From contig WAMF01000003.1 in the NCBI GenBank assembly GCA_015522475.1, positions 33,043 through 97,042 on the forward strand: a stretch of 64,000 bases of DNA, given 5' to 3'. The notes below the pieces were generated by a model. It saw nothing but the letters and a program-made list of their open reading frames with translations, had not been told where the DNA came from and ran no database searches. Both the position numbers and the translations under genes were made by a program. Source of the stretch: Candidatus Micrarchaeota archaeon (GTDB lineage: Archaea; Micrarchaeota; Micrarchaeia; Anstonellales; J096). This document shows positions 1 to 10,575 of the stretch, piece by piece (positions within the stretch are counted from its first letter, which is position 1; the number at the start of each line of letters is the position of its first letter).

Positions 1-744
1 GGAAAGATAGTTCATGATGCCAAAACGTTTGTAAATTGGGTTAAAAATGAATATTCTACTAATAGATTAAGTGATTTAGCAAATGAAAACTATCCACTTT
101 ATTTCAATCTCCTTTATTTTCTCTATAAAAACCGGTCAATAATTAATATAGGGGATTATGAAGGAGAAAAATTACTCCGTGTGAATTCCATGTTGACTAT
201 GTTGGACGTGATGGAAACAATGGATAAATATGCCAAAAAAGAAAATTACGATGCTCTTTTAGGAGATATCTCAAAGCACATTGTGGACGTGCTTCTTAAA
301 ATATATTCTGGCCTAACTCCTCATAAAGAAACGTGGGCTAGAGGTATGTGGCCTTTCTTCTTTGTTATTAATCCTACAAGTGATTCTACAGCCAGGCTCT
401 ACTTTTCCATATATGTACCTGAAGAGTACAATAGTCAAATATATGACTCATTAGGTCGAGGACCTATACTCAAGCTTAAGGGAATTTATGGGGGAAATAT
501 ATTAGCTAGTGAATTAAGAAAAGACCTTAGTTCTAAATGGCATGACTATGCTCCTCTCAAAATTGAAGCAGCTAAGAGTGGTAGATCATCTAAGGGTATA
601 CGAACTGAGTACATTATCAATAGAGATGTAATCTACCTGCAATTTAAAGTAGATGTGGGCAGGATTAAGAAAGTACGGCACTCTAAACCTCTTGGTAATA
701 TAGATTACTTTACTTTTGAGATAATATATTATCTGTTACTTTAA
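1..744 (+). CDS. Hypothetical protein, 5'-partial (frame open from position 1)
   Basis: Frame 1 has no stop from base 1 to TAA at 742-744, so the 181 start in the ORF track is probably internal. Visibly more AT-rich than the housekeeping genes. No motif recognised. Confidence 0.6.
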   Translation, partial: GKIVHDAKTFVNWVKNEYSTNRLSDLANENYPLYFNLLYFLYKNRSIINIGDYEGEKLLRVNSMLTMLDVMETMDKYAKKENYDALLGDISKHIVDVLLKIYSGLTPHKETWARGMWPFFFVINPTSDSTARLYFSIYVPEEYNSQIYDSLGRGPILKLKGIYGGNILASELRKDLSSKWHDYAPLKIEAAKSGRSSKGIRTEYIINRDVIYLQFKVDVGRIKKVRHSKPLGNIDYFTFEIIYYLLL

Positions 745-782
745 TACCATCTGCTTTAAATGATTATTTGCCATAGTATCTT

Positions 783-1559
783 ATGGCATTTAAACTCTCT
801 CCTTCAGCTATAAATCTGTATTTAGATTGCCCTCATTGCTTTTGGCTCAGATATAAAAAGGGCATAAAGAGACCAACGGATGGCATGTTTCCGTCACTGC
901 CTGGCAGCTTAGACATGCTCATAAAACTCCGCTTCGATTATTGCAGAGAAAGGGGTAAGCTGCCCGAGGAATTATCTGAGCTAAGAAAAAACAAAGAAGG
1001 CAAGAGAAGTAACGAGAGTGAAGAGAAACATTCTGAAGAGGCACATTCAGAGACCATAGCCAGAACAGATATGAGCACCTCAGAATTTAAGCTCTTTCCA
1101 CATAAAGAAACACTCGAAGCATGGCGTGATTACAAAAGAGGTATCTCATGGACAGATGAAGAAGGCAATGTGCTTTACGGAGCTATCGACGACCTTCTTG
1201 TAAAGGATAGCCAGTTATTTATTCTCGATTACAAAACAAAAGGCGACGACAACATAAGGATATATGAGAGCTACAAGACTCAGCTCAGCCTCTACGCGCT
1301 CATATTAAGCAAGAACGGCTTAAATGTAGCAAATACGGGTTTTCTTCTCTTCTATTACCCTACAACCCTTGATAAAGAGGGCAACGTGAAGTTTAAGGCT
1401 TCTCTCCAAGAAGTAGATCTCGATATAAAAAAGGCTGAACGTCTATATAGAGAGGCTTTAGACGTATTGAAAAGAGACACGCCTCCTAAACCTTCGCCTT
1501 ACTGCAGATTCTGCTCTTGGAGAAAGCAGACTATTGAGTTTGTGTTAGATGAGAAGTAG
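783..1559 (+). CDS. PD-(D/E)XK nuclease family protein (RecB/Cas4-like, stand-alone)
   Basis: N-terminal LSPS...CPHC, central G-A-I-D-D...LDYKT, Q-L-x-L-Y motif, C-terminal CRFC. TATA-like TTTAAA about 22 nt upstream of the ATG. Confidence 0.85.
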   Translation: MAFKLSPSAINLYLDCPHCFWLRYKKGIKRPTDGMFPSLPGSLDMLIKLRFDYCRERGKLPEELSELRKNKEGKRSNESEEKHSEEAHSETIARTDMSTSEFKLFPHKETLEAWRDYKRGISWTDEEGNVLYGAIDDLLVKDSQLFILDYKTKGDDNIRIYESYKTQLSLYALILSKNGLNVANTGFLLFYYPTTLDKEGNVKFKASLQEVDLDIKKAERLYREALDVLKRDTPPKPSPYCRFCSWRKQTIEFVLDEK

Positions 1560-1624
1560 GTAAAAATGAAAGCACATGGAGAATTGCAAAACAGTGTCAA
1601 GGAGCGACTTAAAACTTTGAAAGC

Positions 1625-3511
1625 CTAGGTGGGCGAGCGTCCTCTCTTACTTCCACCTTTACCTCTACTGTTGCCACCCTTGCTATTACCTTTATCTCCA
1701 CCATCATCGTTTTCGTTGTCTTCGCCAAAGTCGTCGTAGTCATCGTAGCCAGCATAGGGATTGTACTCATTTGCGCCCCATATGTCATCAATCAATTCGT
1801 AAAGAGACGTTCTCATGTTTTCGTTAGCATATTCTCTGCATGAAGCCGAAGAGAGCTCCTCCAACAAGGTAATTAAATAGTAGATGGGATCTATGAACTC
1901 CTCTGTGAGTGCCTCATCCGGCAGCCTGTAGAGTTTCTCACCGATTTTGAACAGGAGAAACTCTCTTCTGCAGTTTCCTCGAGCACAGCCCCAAGAGCTG
2001 CCTAAGACAAGGTTCATAGCATTAGAGAAGTCCTCTTCCCAATAAAGCTTCACAAAAAGCTTGGCAAAGCTCTCGAAGAAATGGTCCTTCTCAGTGATGC
2101 CTGCCACAGCATGAGTCAATTTCAAAACAGACATGTAATCATGCCTAAAAAGGCTTATAATCTCTGGTTTATCCCTAGCTGTGAATGCTTTACCCGCTGC
2201 TTCGAAATAGGCTAAAGGAACAGCGACACTGAAAAAGATGTACGGCTTAGCAACTTCGAGATAATCCATCTCATATTTGTCTTGAGAGAAAAACAGTTTT
2301 GTGAATAGCTGCACGAAGCCCAAGCCAGCTAAAGCAATATCCTGTGAATACAAATCTCGACTTTTATCTAGTTCGTTTGTGAATTCCAAGAGGCGTTCAA
2401 AATAGTAGTTAGTTGCTTCTCTGGGCTGCTCCTTCCAGAAGCTTAAGCCGAACTCTTCTATAAACTCGAGAGCCCTTAGCTGCCCATAAACATGCGCAGA
2501 TATATGATCCACAAAGTCGAAGTGCATAAAAGCCTCGTGTATATCTAAAAGGTTTGGGATATCAAAGCGGTTCAGAAGATTATCGCCCTTTTTCAAAGTC
2601 TCCAAATCTCCATTCAAAGACAAGTAATCTGCCCAACGCTCAAGCCACACCGTTTCGCTGTATATAAGCTTGTACAACTTGAACTCCTCTGTATCGCTCA
2701 CGTCTAAAGAAAGTTTCTTAATCTCGTCATTATATATATCTGTGTCTTCATCTCCCGCGTCTTCTTCAGATTCATCCTCTTCAAACTCATCCTCCTCTTC
2801 AACTCTGTTGCCGTTGTCAACCTTGTTGTGTACATCCTCATTTCCTCCTTCTTTTGAACTGAAGGTTTTTCCTTCCTGCCGTTCAGCTATATATTTAAGG
2901 TAGTTACTGAGGTGAGTAGCAAATTCTTCGAGCTTGTTGGGAAGACTCTTACTTAACAGATTAAATGGAAATGTGTCACGTAAACTTGATGTTAAATCGC
3001 TGAACTTATTGATAAGTTCTTCAAGAGGTGTTAAAGGCTTACCCCTTTCATCCGTGTAATCCACGTTGCCTTCACTGGTTTCAATGCCGTCATTGCCCTC
3101 AATGTAATCATCATCTAGTGCACCACCAGATTCTTCCTCAGACGCTGATATTATATTCAGTTCTTCTGCCTTTTCTGTCACTCCATCAGCGATTTTATGG
3201 ACTTTACCTTCTGAAAACTTTGCTGAATCCTTGGGTTTGACGGTCTTTAGCTCCTCCAATGACTCAAGGTAAACAACAGCTCTAAGCATTTCCTTAACGG
3301 TCTTTGGTCTTATGCCTTTAGACAAAGCTTGCTCCAATGCATTCTCAATATGTGGCTTTTGCGAAGTCGCTTCGCTAGCTACAACGCGCGAAATGCACTT
3401 AAGGTCTGAGAAGTCACAAGGCTTTACTCCACGTCGAGTTTTCTTTCCTTTAAGAACTTTTTCTGTACGTCCTATCCATTTTCCGCGTTTGCTAGTCTGC
3501 TCATGCTCCAT
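1625..3511 (-). CDS. Hypothetical protein with acidic low-complexity tracts
   Basis: 628-aa ORF with D/E-rich linkers, a mostly helical-looking core and a G/K-rich tail. TATA-like element upstream. No family recognised. Confidence 0.65.
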   Translation of the reverse strand: MEHEQTSKRGKWIGRTEKVLKGKKTRRGVKPCDFSDLKCISRVVASEATSQKPHIENALEQALSKGIRPKTVKEMLRAVVYLESLEELKTVKPKDSAKFSEGKVHKIADGVTEKAEELNIISASEEESGGALDDDYIEGNDGIETSEGNVDYTDERGKPLTPLEELINKFSDLTSSLRDTFPFNLLSKSLPNKLEEFATHLSNYLKYIAERQEGKTFSSKEGGNEDVHNKVDNGNRVEEEDEFEEDESEEDAGDEDTDIYNDEIKKLSLDVSDTEEFKLYKLIYSETVWLERWADYLSLNGDLETLKKGDNLLNRFDIPNLLDIHEAFMHFDFVDHISAHVYGQLRALEFIEEFGLSFWKEQPREATNYYFERLLEFTNELDKSRDLYSQDIALAGLGFVQLFTKLFFSQDKYEMDYLEVAKPYIFFSVAVPLAYFEAAGKAFTARDKPEIISLFRHDYMSVLKLTHAVAGITEKDHFFESFAKLFVKLYWEEDFSNAMNLVLGSSWGCARGNCRREFLLFKIGEKLYRLPDEALTEEFIDPIYYLITLLEELSSASCREYANENMRTSLYELIDDIWGANEYNPYAGYDDYDDFGEDNENDDGGDKGNSKGGNSRGKGGSKRGRSPT

Positions 3512-3730
3512 ACCTAACTTTGATAGAAAAAGTTTAAAAAAGTGTTATTTAGAGCCCTCCTTATTCCAACACCCACATGAATTTATAGAGCGGACGTATA
3601 GAGGACGTAGACATAGAGTATATTAGTATAAGTATAATGGCATAGATAGAACCATAGAACATTGCAGAGAGACGTATAGGGAAGACGTCTAATACGAATC
3701 TCTTTAAACGTTTTCCCATATAAGCCACAC

Positions 3731-6391
3731 ATGGCAGCAAACATCTTTGAAGCAGAGCCTATAGAAGGCAAGAAGAAGCGATTTCTGACGGCTGCATTTC
3801 CCTATCCCAACAGCCCACAACACATAGGGCATGCAAGGACCTACAGCGTCGCGGATACTTATGCCAGGTACTTGCGTCATCTCGGCTACAACGTCTTGTT
3901 CCCCATGGCCTTCCACGTGACGGGTACACCTATCATAGCAATGGCCCAGCGTATAGCAGAGGGTGACAAGGGCGTTATCGACGTGCTTGTGAATATATAC
4001 GGCATTCCCAAGGAGAAGCTGCCCGAGTTGACAGACCCTAAAAAGCTCGTCCTTTACTTCAGTCAAGAGATAGAGCAGGGTATGAAGGAGATGGGGTTCA
4101 GCATAGACTGGCGAAGAAAGTTTTACACCTTCGACCCCCATTTCAACAAGTTCATAGAATGGCAGTTCCACAAGTTGAAGAAAGCTGGCCTGTTGGTTAA
4201 AGGGAGTCATCCGGTAGCGTGGAGCCTCAAACTCAACTCAGCCGTTGGCAGTCACGACACAAAAGGAGATGTCGACCCAGAAATAGAGGAGGTCGTTGCC
4301 ATAAAGTTTCCCTTTGAAGATGCTTACCTGTTAGCGACGACGTACAGGCCGGAGACACTCTTTGGTTTAACGAACATGTGGATAAACCCAGAAGGTGAGT
4401 ATGTAAAAGTGCGCGATAAGAACAGTGGCGAGCCTTACTACATAAGCAGAGGTACTCTCGATAACTTCTCGGCTCAGCTGGACGTAGAGGTCGTGCAGGA
4501 GGGTATAAAGGGTGATTACTTCATAGGAAAGCAGTGTAAAAATCCCGCTAACGGAGAGGAAGTACCAATTTTCCCCGCTACGTTCGTCGATGTGGAGAGC
4601 GGAACGGGTATTGTCATGTCCGTTCCAGCTCACGCGCCCTTTGATTATGTAGCCCTTCGGGACCTCGGCAAGGAGGACATGATAAAGAAAATCATAGACG
4701 TGCCCGGCTACGATATACCCGCAAAGGACATCGTCGAGGAGATGCACATAATCAATCAGCAGGACCCCAAGCTTGAGCAGGCAACGAAGCGCGTCTACAA
4801 AGACGAGAACATGAAGGGCAAGATGCTTGTATGGAAGGAGGGTATGCCCGTAAAGGAGGCTAAGGAAGCCGTCAAAGAATGGCTCATCAACGACGGCAAA
4901 GCCCTCCGCTACTACATCATAGCCAACGGCCCGGTTTACAGCAGAGCCGGTGACAAAGTGGTGGTGAAGCTCGTTAAAGATCAGTGGTTCATAAACTACG
5001 GCGACAAACAGTGGAAAGAGAAAGCCTACAAGTGCCTCGACAGGATGAAGACCATTCCACCGGAAACAAAGCAGGAGCTCCGCAACACCATAGACTGGTT
5101 GGATAGGAAGGCGTGCACGCGAAGCAGAGGCCTTGGCACGAAGTTCCCCTTCGACGAGGGACAGATGATAGAGAGTCTAAGCGATTCCACTATCTACCCC
5201 GCTTTTTACACCATCAGCCACCTCATAAAGGAGTTTAGCCCAGAGGAGCTAACGGTTGAGTTCTTCGACTACATCTTCCTTGGAAAGGGTGAGCCCATTA
5301 ATGAGAAACATGAGGCTATGAGGAAGAGCTTTACCTATTGGTATCCTGTCGACAGCAGGCACAGCGGCCCCGACTTGATAAGGAATCACCTCTCCTTTTA
5401 CATAATGAACCACGTCGCCATCTTCCCAGAAGAGCTTTGGCCCAAGCAGATCGTCATAAACGGCTTTGTCTTAATGAATGGCAAGAAGATGAGTAAGAGC
5501 TTGGGCAACATTCTGCCGTTGAGGAAGGCCATAAAAGAACACGGAGCAGATATAATACGATTCAGCGTCGTTAGCGGCAGCGATTTGTTACAGGATACGA
5601 ACTTCAACAGGCCGCTTGTTGAGGGTATAAAGCAACGTCTAGCCTTCTTCGACGACATGTTAAAGAAGAACTCTGGCAACGGCAACAGCTTTGCCGATAA
5701 ATGGATAAGGGAGAGTGTGAAGGCCAAGCTCTCTACGCTTTTAGATGAGATAGAGCGCCTCGACCTGAGGGAGATAAGCAAAAAGTGGTTCTACGATTTC
5801 TACCACGAGTTGAAGTGGTACAGCGACGTTAAGAACGGAAAGGTGGAGCTCGATGACGTCTTCGACAAGTGGCTCATCGTTTTAGAACCCCTCCTGCCCT
5901 TCTTCGTTGCCGAGAGGAAAGGAGAGAAGGCTGTGTTTGAACCCCTGCCAAAGGCAGAGCCTTACGACGAGCGTGTCATAGCGGCCATGAACGTTGCCAG
6001 GGAGCTCTACTCCGATATAGCTAACCTTATCCACATGATGGAAGAAAAGGGCAAAGGGAAACCAACGAAGCTCACAGTAGTAATACCAGCTGTCTGGAAG
6101 TATGAGCTCTTCGAGAAGCTTAAAGCGGAGAAGGGCAACTTAAAGGCTGTTTACGCCGACGAAAGCTTGGCTCAGCACAAAGAGAAAATCGCGAGGATAA
6201 CAAAGGCATTGAAGAGCAAGCTGTACAGCATTCCTGCTCTGCCTACAAGAGAGCTCTTCAAACAGGCATTAGAAGAAGCCGCTCATCTCTTCACTACATT
6301 CGGCGAGCTTCACATAGTCAGCGAAGGAGAATGCCAGCACGAAAAGGCTAAGGCCTCTCTGCCATTGAAGCCTGCAGTTATTCTCGAGTAG
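3731..6391 (+). CDS. leuS: Leucine--tRNA ligase (archaeal type)
   Basis: FPYPN..HIGH and KMSKS signatures; editing-domain motifs TYRPET and GTGIVMSVPAHAPFD; IESLSDSTIY. Confidence 0.97.
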   Translation: MAANIFEAEPIEGKKKRFLTAAFPYPNSPQHIGHARTYSVADTYARYLRHLGYNVLFPMAFHVTGTPIIAMAQRIAEGDKGVIDVLVNIYGIPKEKLPELTDPKKLVLYFSQEIEQGMKEMGFSIDWRRKFYTFDPHFNKFIEWQFHKLKKAGLLVKGSHPVAWSLKLNSAVGSHDTKGDVDPEIEEVVAIKFPFEDAYLLATTYRPETLFGLTNMWINPEGEYVKVRDKNSGEPYYISRGTLDNFSAQLDVEVVQEGIKGDYFIGKQCKNPANGEEVPIFPATFVDVESGTGIVMSVPAHAPFDYVALRDLGKEDMIKKIIDVPGYDIPAKDIVEEMHIINQQDPKLEQATKRVYKDENMKGKMLVWKEGMPVKEAKEAVKEWLINDGKALRYYIIANGPVYSRAGDKVVVKLVKDQWFINYGDKQWKEKAYKCLDRMKTIPPETKQELRNTIDWLDRKACTRSRGLGTKFPFDEGQMIESLSDSTIYPAFYTISHLIKEFSPEELTVEFFDYIFLGKGEPINEKHEAMRKSFTYWYPVDSRHSGPDLIRNHLSFYIMNHVAIFPEELWPKQIVINGFVLMNGKKMSKSLGNILPLRKAIKEHGADIIRFSVVSGSDLLQDTNFNRPLVEGIKQRLAFFDDMLKKNSGNGNSFADKWIRESVKAKLSTLLDEIERLDLREISKKWFYDFYHELKWYSDVKNGKVELDDVFDKWLIVLEPLLPFFVAERKGEKAVFEPLPKAEPYDERVIAAMNVARELYSDIANLIHMMEEKGKGKPTKLTVVIPAVWKYELFEKLKAEKGNLKAVYADESLAQHKEKIARITKALKSKLYSIPALPTRELFKQALEEAAHLFTTFGELHIVSEGECQHEKAKASLPLKPAVILE

Positions 6392-6572
6392 GCTAGGTAA
6401 AAGTAAGATAATTAGTAAAGAGTAGCTGGAGCTCGTAAAGTAGAATCTTTTCTTTTTTCATTAATTCTTTACAAAAAACATGGGGCAGTCAAAAGTAAAA
6501 CATATATGTAATTGCACAACCAAAGCCCTAAAGAGATAATGTTTTAAAAAGTGTGATATCATATAAGTCCTT

Positions 6573-7127
6573 ATGAAAATATTCAAAAAGCCACGTTTTT
6601 TCCACAGGCTTTCAAAGAAGAAAGAAAAACCTTTCCTAAACTTACCAGCAGGTATGGAGAAGCTGCCCGAGTTTAGACGTTTTTTCCTTTTAGTAGATCC
6701 ATCTAACGTAAGTTACGATAACAGGGACGTCATTCGCGTTGACATAAAAGGCAGCAAAGCCTTCTTATACAACCTTATAATCAACCCGGGGCTCACGATA
6801 ACACTCTTTAGAGAACTCACATATTTACTCCCACCCTCACATATATTCTTTGCTGTGGATGAAAAGGAAAACAAATATGTCTATGCGCCCTCTTCTGCTT
6901 TTCTCAGAGGAGTAAATAAGCAACTATCTCATTGGCATAGAATCTCTTTGCTGTCGCCCTACGCTTCATTAAAGGGATCTGTGAAGGCAGCGCTCTCCTT
7001 TTTAGATAAGGAGCACGTAATTGAAGACCAACAAGCATATCTAGAAAATATAACATTTGCTCTAACCCATCTCCTAAAAGAGCTTTCAGAAGTGGAAAAG
7101 GAAAAGGACAAAATCATTAGTGATTAG
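6573..7127 (+). CDS. Hypothetical protein
   Basis: 184-aa ORF with TTTTAAAA about 22 nt upstream of the ATG. No recognisable motif. Confidence 0.6.
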   Translation: MKIFKKPRFFHRLSKKKEKPFLNLPAGMEKLPEFRRFFLLVDPSNVSYDNRDVIRVDIKGSKAFLYNLIINPGLTITLFRELTYLLPPSHIFFAVDEKENKYVYAPSSAFLRGVNKQLSHWHRISLLSPYASLKGSVKAALSFLDKEHVIEDQQAYLENITFALTHLLKELSEVEKEKDKIISD

Positions 7128-7202
7128 GCGCTTAGCACACCTAATTCCAATGCCCCGATTGAAGGATATAAGGTGCTGAGAACACTTTGCTACTTCCCCT
7201 TT

Positions 7203-8702
7203 CTACTCTACACGCTTAAACAAGAACAGCTCCTTGGGAATTGTTTTGACTTTACTCAATGTGGCGCCCAGCTCAAGCTCAGACACGCAGGGCTCATAGC
7301 CGAAGGATGAGAAGATTTTCGACGTAGAAGCAGGAAGAAGTGGCTTAAGCAGGGTGCTCACGTAGAGGAAGGCTTCAAGCGCCTGTCTTAAGATGGGCTC
7401 AGCCTCGCTTGGCTCGAGACGCCAGGGTTCTTTCTCGTTGAGATATGCGTTTATCGCCCCTACGCCATCCATAAAAACGTCGTTGGCATAAAAAGGCAAG
7501 AGACTTTCCACGTCGTTTGAAGCAGCTAGTTCCTCTATCTTTGCCTTAAGACTTTCAAGCTTAGCAAAGCACTCGTCCACGGCAAGTTTCCCTTCTTGTT
7601 CAATCTCAGCCTTGCCAGCTACACGATGCCATAATTTAACCAACCTATTTGCCAAGTTTCCATAATGCCCTAAGAGCTCGCTGTTGTGCGCCTCCTTGAA
7701 TACTGCCCTTGAAAAATCGCCATCATCGCCAAAAGGTAACTTCGTGAGCAGATAGTAGCGGAGCGTGTCTGCACTGTACTTCTCAGCCATTTCAAGCGGA
7801 TCTACGACATTGCCCAGACTTTTGCTCATCTTCTTGCCGTCGACAGTTAGGAAGCCATGGGCAATCTCCCTCTTAGGCAGAGCAAAACCCGCAGAGATAA
7901 GCATGGCCGGCCAGAGCACTGCATGAAACCATAATATATCTTTACCCATAAATTGAAGGTCTGGAGGCCAGAACTGCATCTTGTCGTCGAGCCCGCTCAT
8001 ATAATTAAGAAGAGCATCGAACCACACGTATGCAACATGTTCCTCATCGAAGGGCAAGCGTATGCCCCAACTCACTTGATTAACTGGACGAGATATGCAT
8101 ATATCTTTCAAATCTTTCATCTTGTTAAGGATCTCTTCCTTATATTTGGGAGGGAGAAATTGCGGGTTTTCTCTATAGTAAGCAAGTAGCTCGTCTCTAT
8201 ATTTAGCCATCCTAAAAAAGTATGCATCTATGCGCTTCTTCTCGACGGGCTTGTGGTGATAAGGGCAAAGCAACCCGGGTAAGAGCTCTTTCTCTGTATA
8301 GTAGCGCTCGCAAGATACACAATAATAACCCTCATAAACATCTTTGTAGATATCGCCCTTTTCATAGACTTTCATAAGAATTTCTCTGACGAGCTTTTCA
8401 TGGCTTTTTTCAGTTGTGCGTATAAAGCGGTTGTAACTTATGCCCAGCCTTTTCCAAGCATCTTTGAAGCTAGAGGCCATCTCATCGACGAGTTGTTGAG
8501 GTGTCTCGCCTTTAGCTTCAGCAGCTTTCTGTATCTTCTCGCCATGCTCATCCACGCCCGTCAGGAAGTATGTGCCATAAGCGAGCTCTCTATACAAGCG
8601 GGCAAAAAAGTCTGCAACAATTGTCGTGTAAGCGCTGCCTATATGGGGGCGCGAGTTAGGATAATAGATAGGAGTTGTTATGAAACGTTTGGGCTTCGCC
8701 AT
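7203..8702 (-). CDS. metG: Methionine--tRNA ligase (short, single-knuckle MetRS1-like form)
   Basis: ITTPIYYPN..PHIG, TGVDEHGEKI, Zn knuckle CxxC...CxxH, YVWFDAL, GKDILWFH, KMSKS. Confidence 0.96.
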   Translation of the reverse strand: MAKPKRFITTPIYYPNSRPHIGSAYTTIVADFFARLYRELAYGTYFLTGVDEHGEKIQKAAEAKGETPQQLVDEMASSFKDAWKRLGISYNRFIRTTEKSHEKLVREILMKVYEKGDIYKDVYEGYYCVSCERYYTEKELLPGLLCPYHHKPVEKKRIDAYFFRMAKYRDELLAYYRENPQFLPPKYKEEILNKMKDLKDICISRPVNQVSWGIRLPFDEEHVAYVWFDALLNYMSGLDDKMQFWPPDLQFMGKDILWFHAVLWPAMLISAGFALPKREIAHGFLTVDGKKMSKSLGNVVDPLEMAEKYSADTLRYYLLTKLPFGDDGDFSRAVFKEAHNSELLGHYGNLANRLVKLWHRVAGKAEIEQEGKLAVDECFAKLESLKAKIEELAASNDVESLLPFYANDVFMDGVGAINAYLNEKEPWRLEPSEAEPILRQALEAFLYVSTLLKPLLPASTSKIFSSFGYEPCVSELELGATLSKVKTIPKELFLFKRVE

Positions 8703-8703
8703 G

Positions 8704-9450
8704 CTACTCTTCCTCTTCAGAAGCAGAGGCTAGGAAGTATTTGAGCTTAGCCCCTTCAAGTGTAAACTCTATTTTTAGAGGAGCCTCTGGCGAATTGATG
8801 TGCAGCGTGAGTATATCGCCTTTGCTTAATGGTTTTAGGAGATCGTCGAGGAACTTTATAGAATACATAGCATGTGTGGGCTTTTCCACTTCGAGGCTTA
8901 TAACGTCTTCGCCCTTTTCAAACTCCTCTTTAACATGGCCAAAGCTGCTCTTGGCTTTAGCTGAGAAGGCATCGGGCGTCAGACCGAATGTAATGTAGTT
9001 GGAGACAATGGACGCATCCTTCAATATGTCTTTTAAAGCAGAAGCATCTATCTTCACAGAATTAACATATTCTAGAGGAATTTCTTTGTCAACGCTGTCG
9101 ACAAGGTCCAAGAGAGGAGCTGAGAATGTACGCTTACTCTTAGGCCCTTTAAACACAATGCCCAGCTTATCTTCTTCGAGGCTCAAATAGAGCTTCTCGT
9201 TCTGCCTCGCGCGCTTCAATATGCTTTTCAAATAGTTTATGTCTAAAGCTAAGCGCTTCTCACCTTCAACTTCGTATTCGGAGAAATGCTCTTTAGGCAT
9301 AAAGAAGGATATCATATAACTCTTGCCGGGATCCAAAGCGATAAGGCGCATTCCGTCCTTGTTTACTTTGAACGTACCTTCATCAATGATGTTCCAAACA
9401 ACCTCCAATGCCTTGGCAAACGATTTTGCCGACGGATAAACTAACTTCAT
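8704..9450 (-). CDS. pcn: DNA polymerase sliding clamp PCNA
   Basis: PCNA-like pattern (EGTFKV..DGMRLIALDP, FSEYEV, PLKIEF, LKYFLA). Start moved to ATG 9450, which sits 5 nt after a GAGGTG Shine-Dalgarno. Confidence 0.93.
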   Translation of the reverse strand: MKLVYPSAKSFAKALEVVWNIIDEGTFKVNKDGMRLIALDPGKSYMISFFMPKEHFSEYEVEGEKRLALDINYLKSILKRARQNEKLYLSLEEDKLGIVFKGPKSKRTFSAPLLDLVDSVDKEIPLEYVNSVKIDASALKDILKDASIVSNYITFGLTPDAFSAKAKSSFGHVKEEFEKGEDVISLEVEKPTHAMYSIKFLDDLLKPLSKGDILTLHINSPEAPLKIEFTLEGAKLKYFLASASEEEE

Positions 9451-9513
9451 TTTAACACCTCTTCCTCCTTTAAATAAAAACATATAAAAACGCTAACCCT
9501 AGTTGGCCCCACT

Positions 9514-10575
9514 TTACCCTACCTTACTTTGCCTTACTTTATTTTGGGCCTCTCGTCCGTTTTTGCCCCTTCCCATAAGCTTGCAGTAAGTACATACGCT
9601 GTCTTCAGCAGAAGTAGGATAGCCACAGATCTTGCACTGCTTCCGCCACGAACGGTCTAGAGAGATGTGAGGACTAAGCCCAACCATGTATTTGAGCAAT
9701 GAGGAAGGAAAGTTGCTTAGCTTGTGTCGCCTGCTTAGCTTTTCTACGTCATCAATAAAAGCTTTAATCCGAGCCTGAGAGTTCCCCTCTTTAAAGGGAC
9801 ATTCAGTTTCAACGATGGGAAGACCTTCCTTCTTCAGTACGTCTTTGAACGTCTCTATTTTAGCCTCTCTTACCCAAAATAAGGGCTTAAGGCGCGTGCA
9901 TAGCTTTTCCTCTTCGTTGCCGGGGGCTATAGGTCCCTTTGTCGGCAACGTTACTCCACTCTGTGAGAAGATATTCCTAAAGAGAAAGCTAAGCTCATCG
10001 TCCATGTTGTGTCCCGTTGCTATGGCACCATCCTTGCCAAAGTGTTCCCAACAAAACTTATTCATAAGATAGCGCTTAATAACACCACAAGCAGCACAGA
10101 TTTTAAAACGGCCCGCTCGTATCTCCTCCGCTTTCTCCTCGACGATTTTATGTAGTGGCTTTTCAGGCTTAACGACGTGGAGGGGTATATCTAACTTAGA
10201 TGCAATAGCCTCAACAACCTCCCTACTCTTGGAAGAGAACGTCGGTATGCCCAGCTGAATGAAGAGAGCAGAGAGCTCATAGCCGAAGCGGTCCTTAAGT
10301 TGGGCTAAGAAATATGCCACAGTGGTCGAGTCTTTGCCCCCACTCAAAGCAACGGTTATGTGTTTGGGCATCTTATTTTGGGCTTCTAGTTTGTATAGGA
10401 AGCTCTGAACACGTCGTTTTATATGACGAGGCACATTCGTCTTCGAAGTGAACGGTCTTCTATGTCTTTTTAGCTGTCTTTTTGGCAGAGAAGGTGAAGA
10501 TGGCACAGGTGAGGATAAAAGAGAGCTATTCTCAAAGAGCTTGTTGGCCTTGCTGCCTTCGTTATCTTTAGACAT
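9514..10575 (-). CDS. ttuA: tRNA 2-thiolation protein, TtuA/Ncs6 family (PP-loop ATPase)
   Basis: SGGKDS PP-loop, CAAC, TGHNMDD, ECPF and a C-terminal CxxC...CxxC Zn finger. The N-terminal Zn finger is replaced by a low-complexity extension. Confidence 0.85.
   Translation of the reverse strand: MSKDNEGSKANKLFENSSLLSSPVPSSPSLPKRQLKRHRRPFTSKTNVPRHIKRRVQSFLYKLEAQNKMPKHITVALSGGKDSTTVAYFLAQLKDRFGYELSALFIQLGIPTFSSKSREVVEAIASKLDIPLHVVKPEKPLHKIVEEKAEEIRAGRFKICAACGVIKRYLMNKFCWEHFGKDGAIATGHNMDDELSFLFRNIFSQSGVTLPTKGPIAPGNEEEKLCTRLKPLFWVREAKIETFKDVLKKEGLPIVETECPFKEGNSQARIKAFIDDVEKLSRRHKLSNFPSSLLKYMVGLSPHISLDRSWRKQCKICGYPTSAEDSVCTYCKLMGRGKNGREAQNKVRQSKVG

Noticed and set aside
783..1559. Nuclease as evidence of a CRISPR-Cas locus
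   Set aside because: No array or other cas genes are in the window, and stand-alone PD-(D/E)XK nucleases are common.
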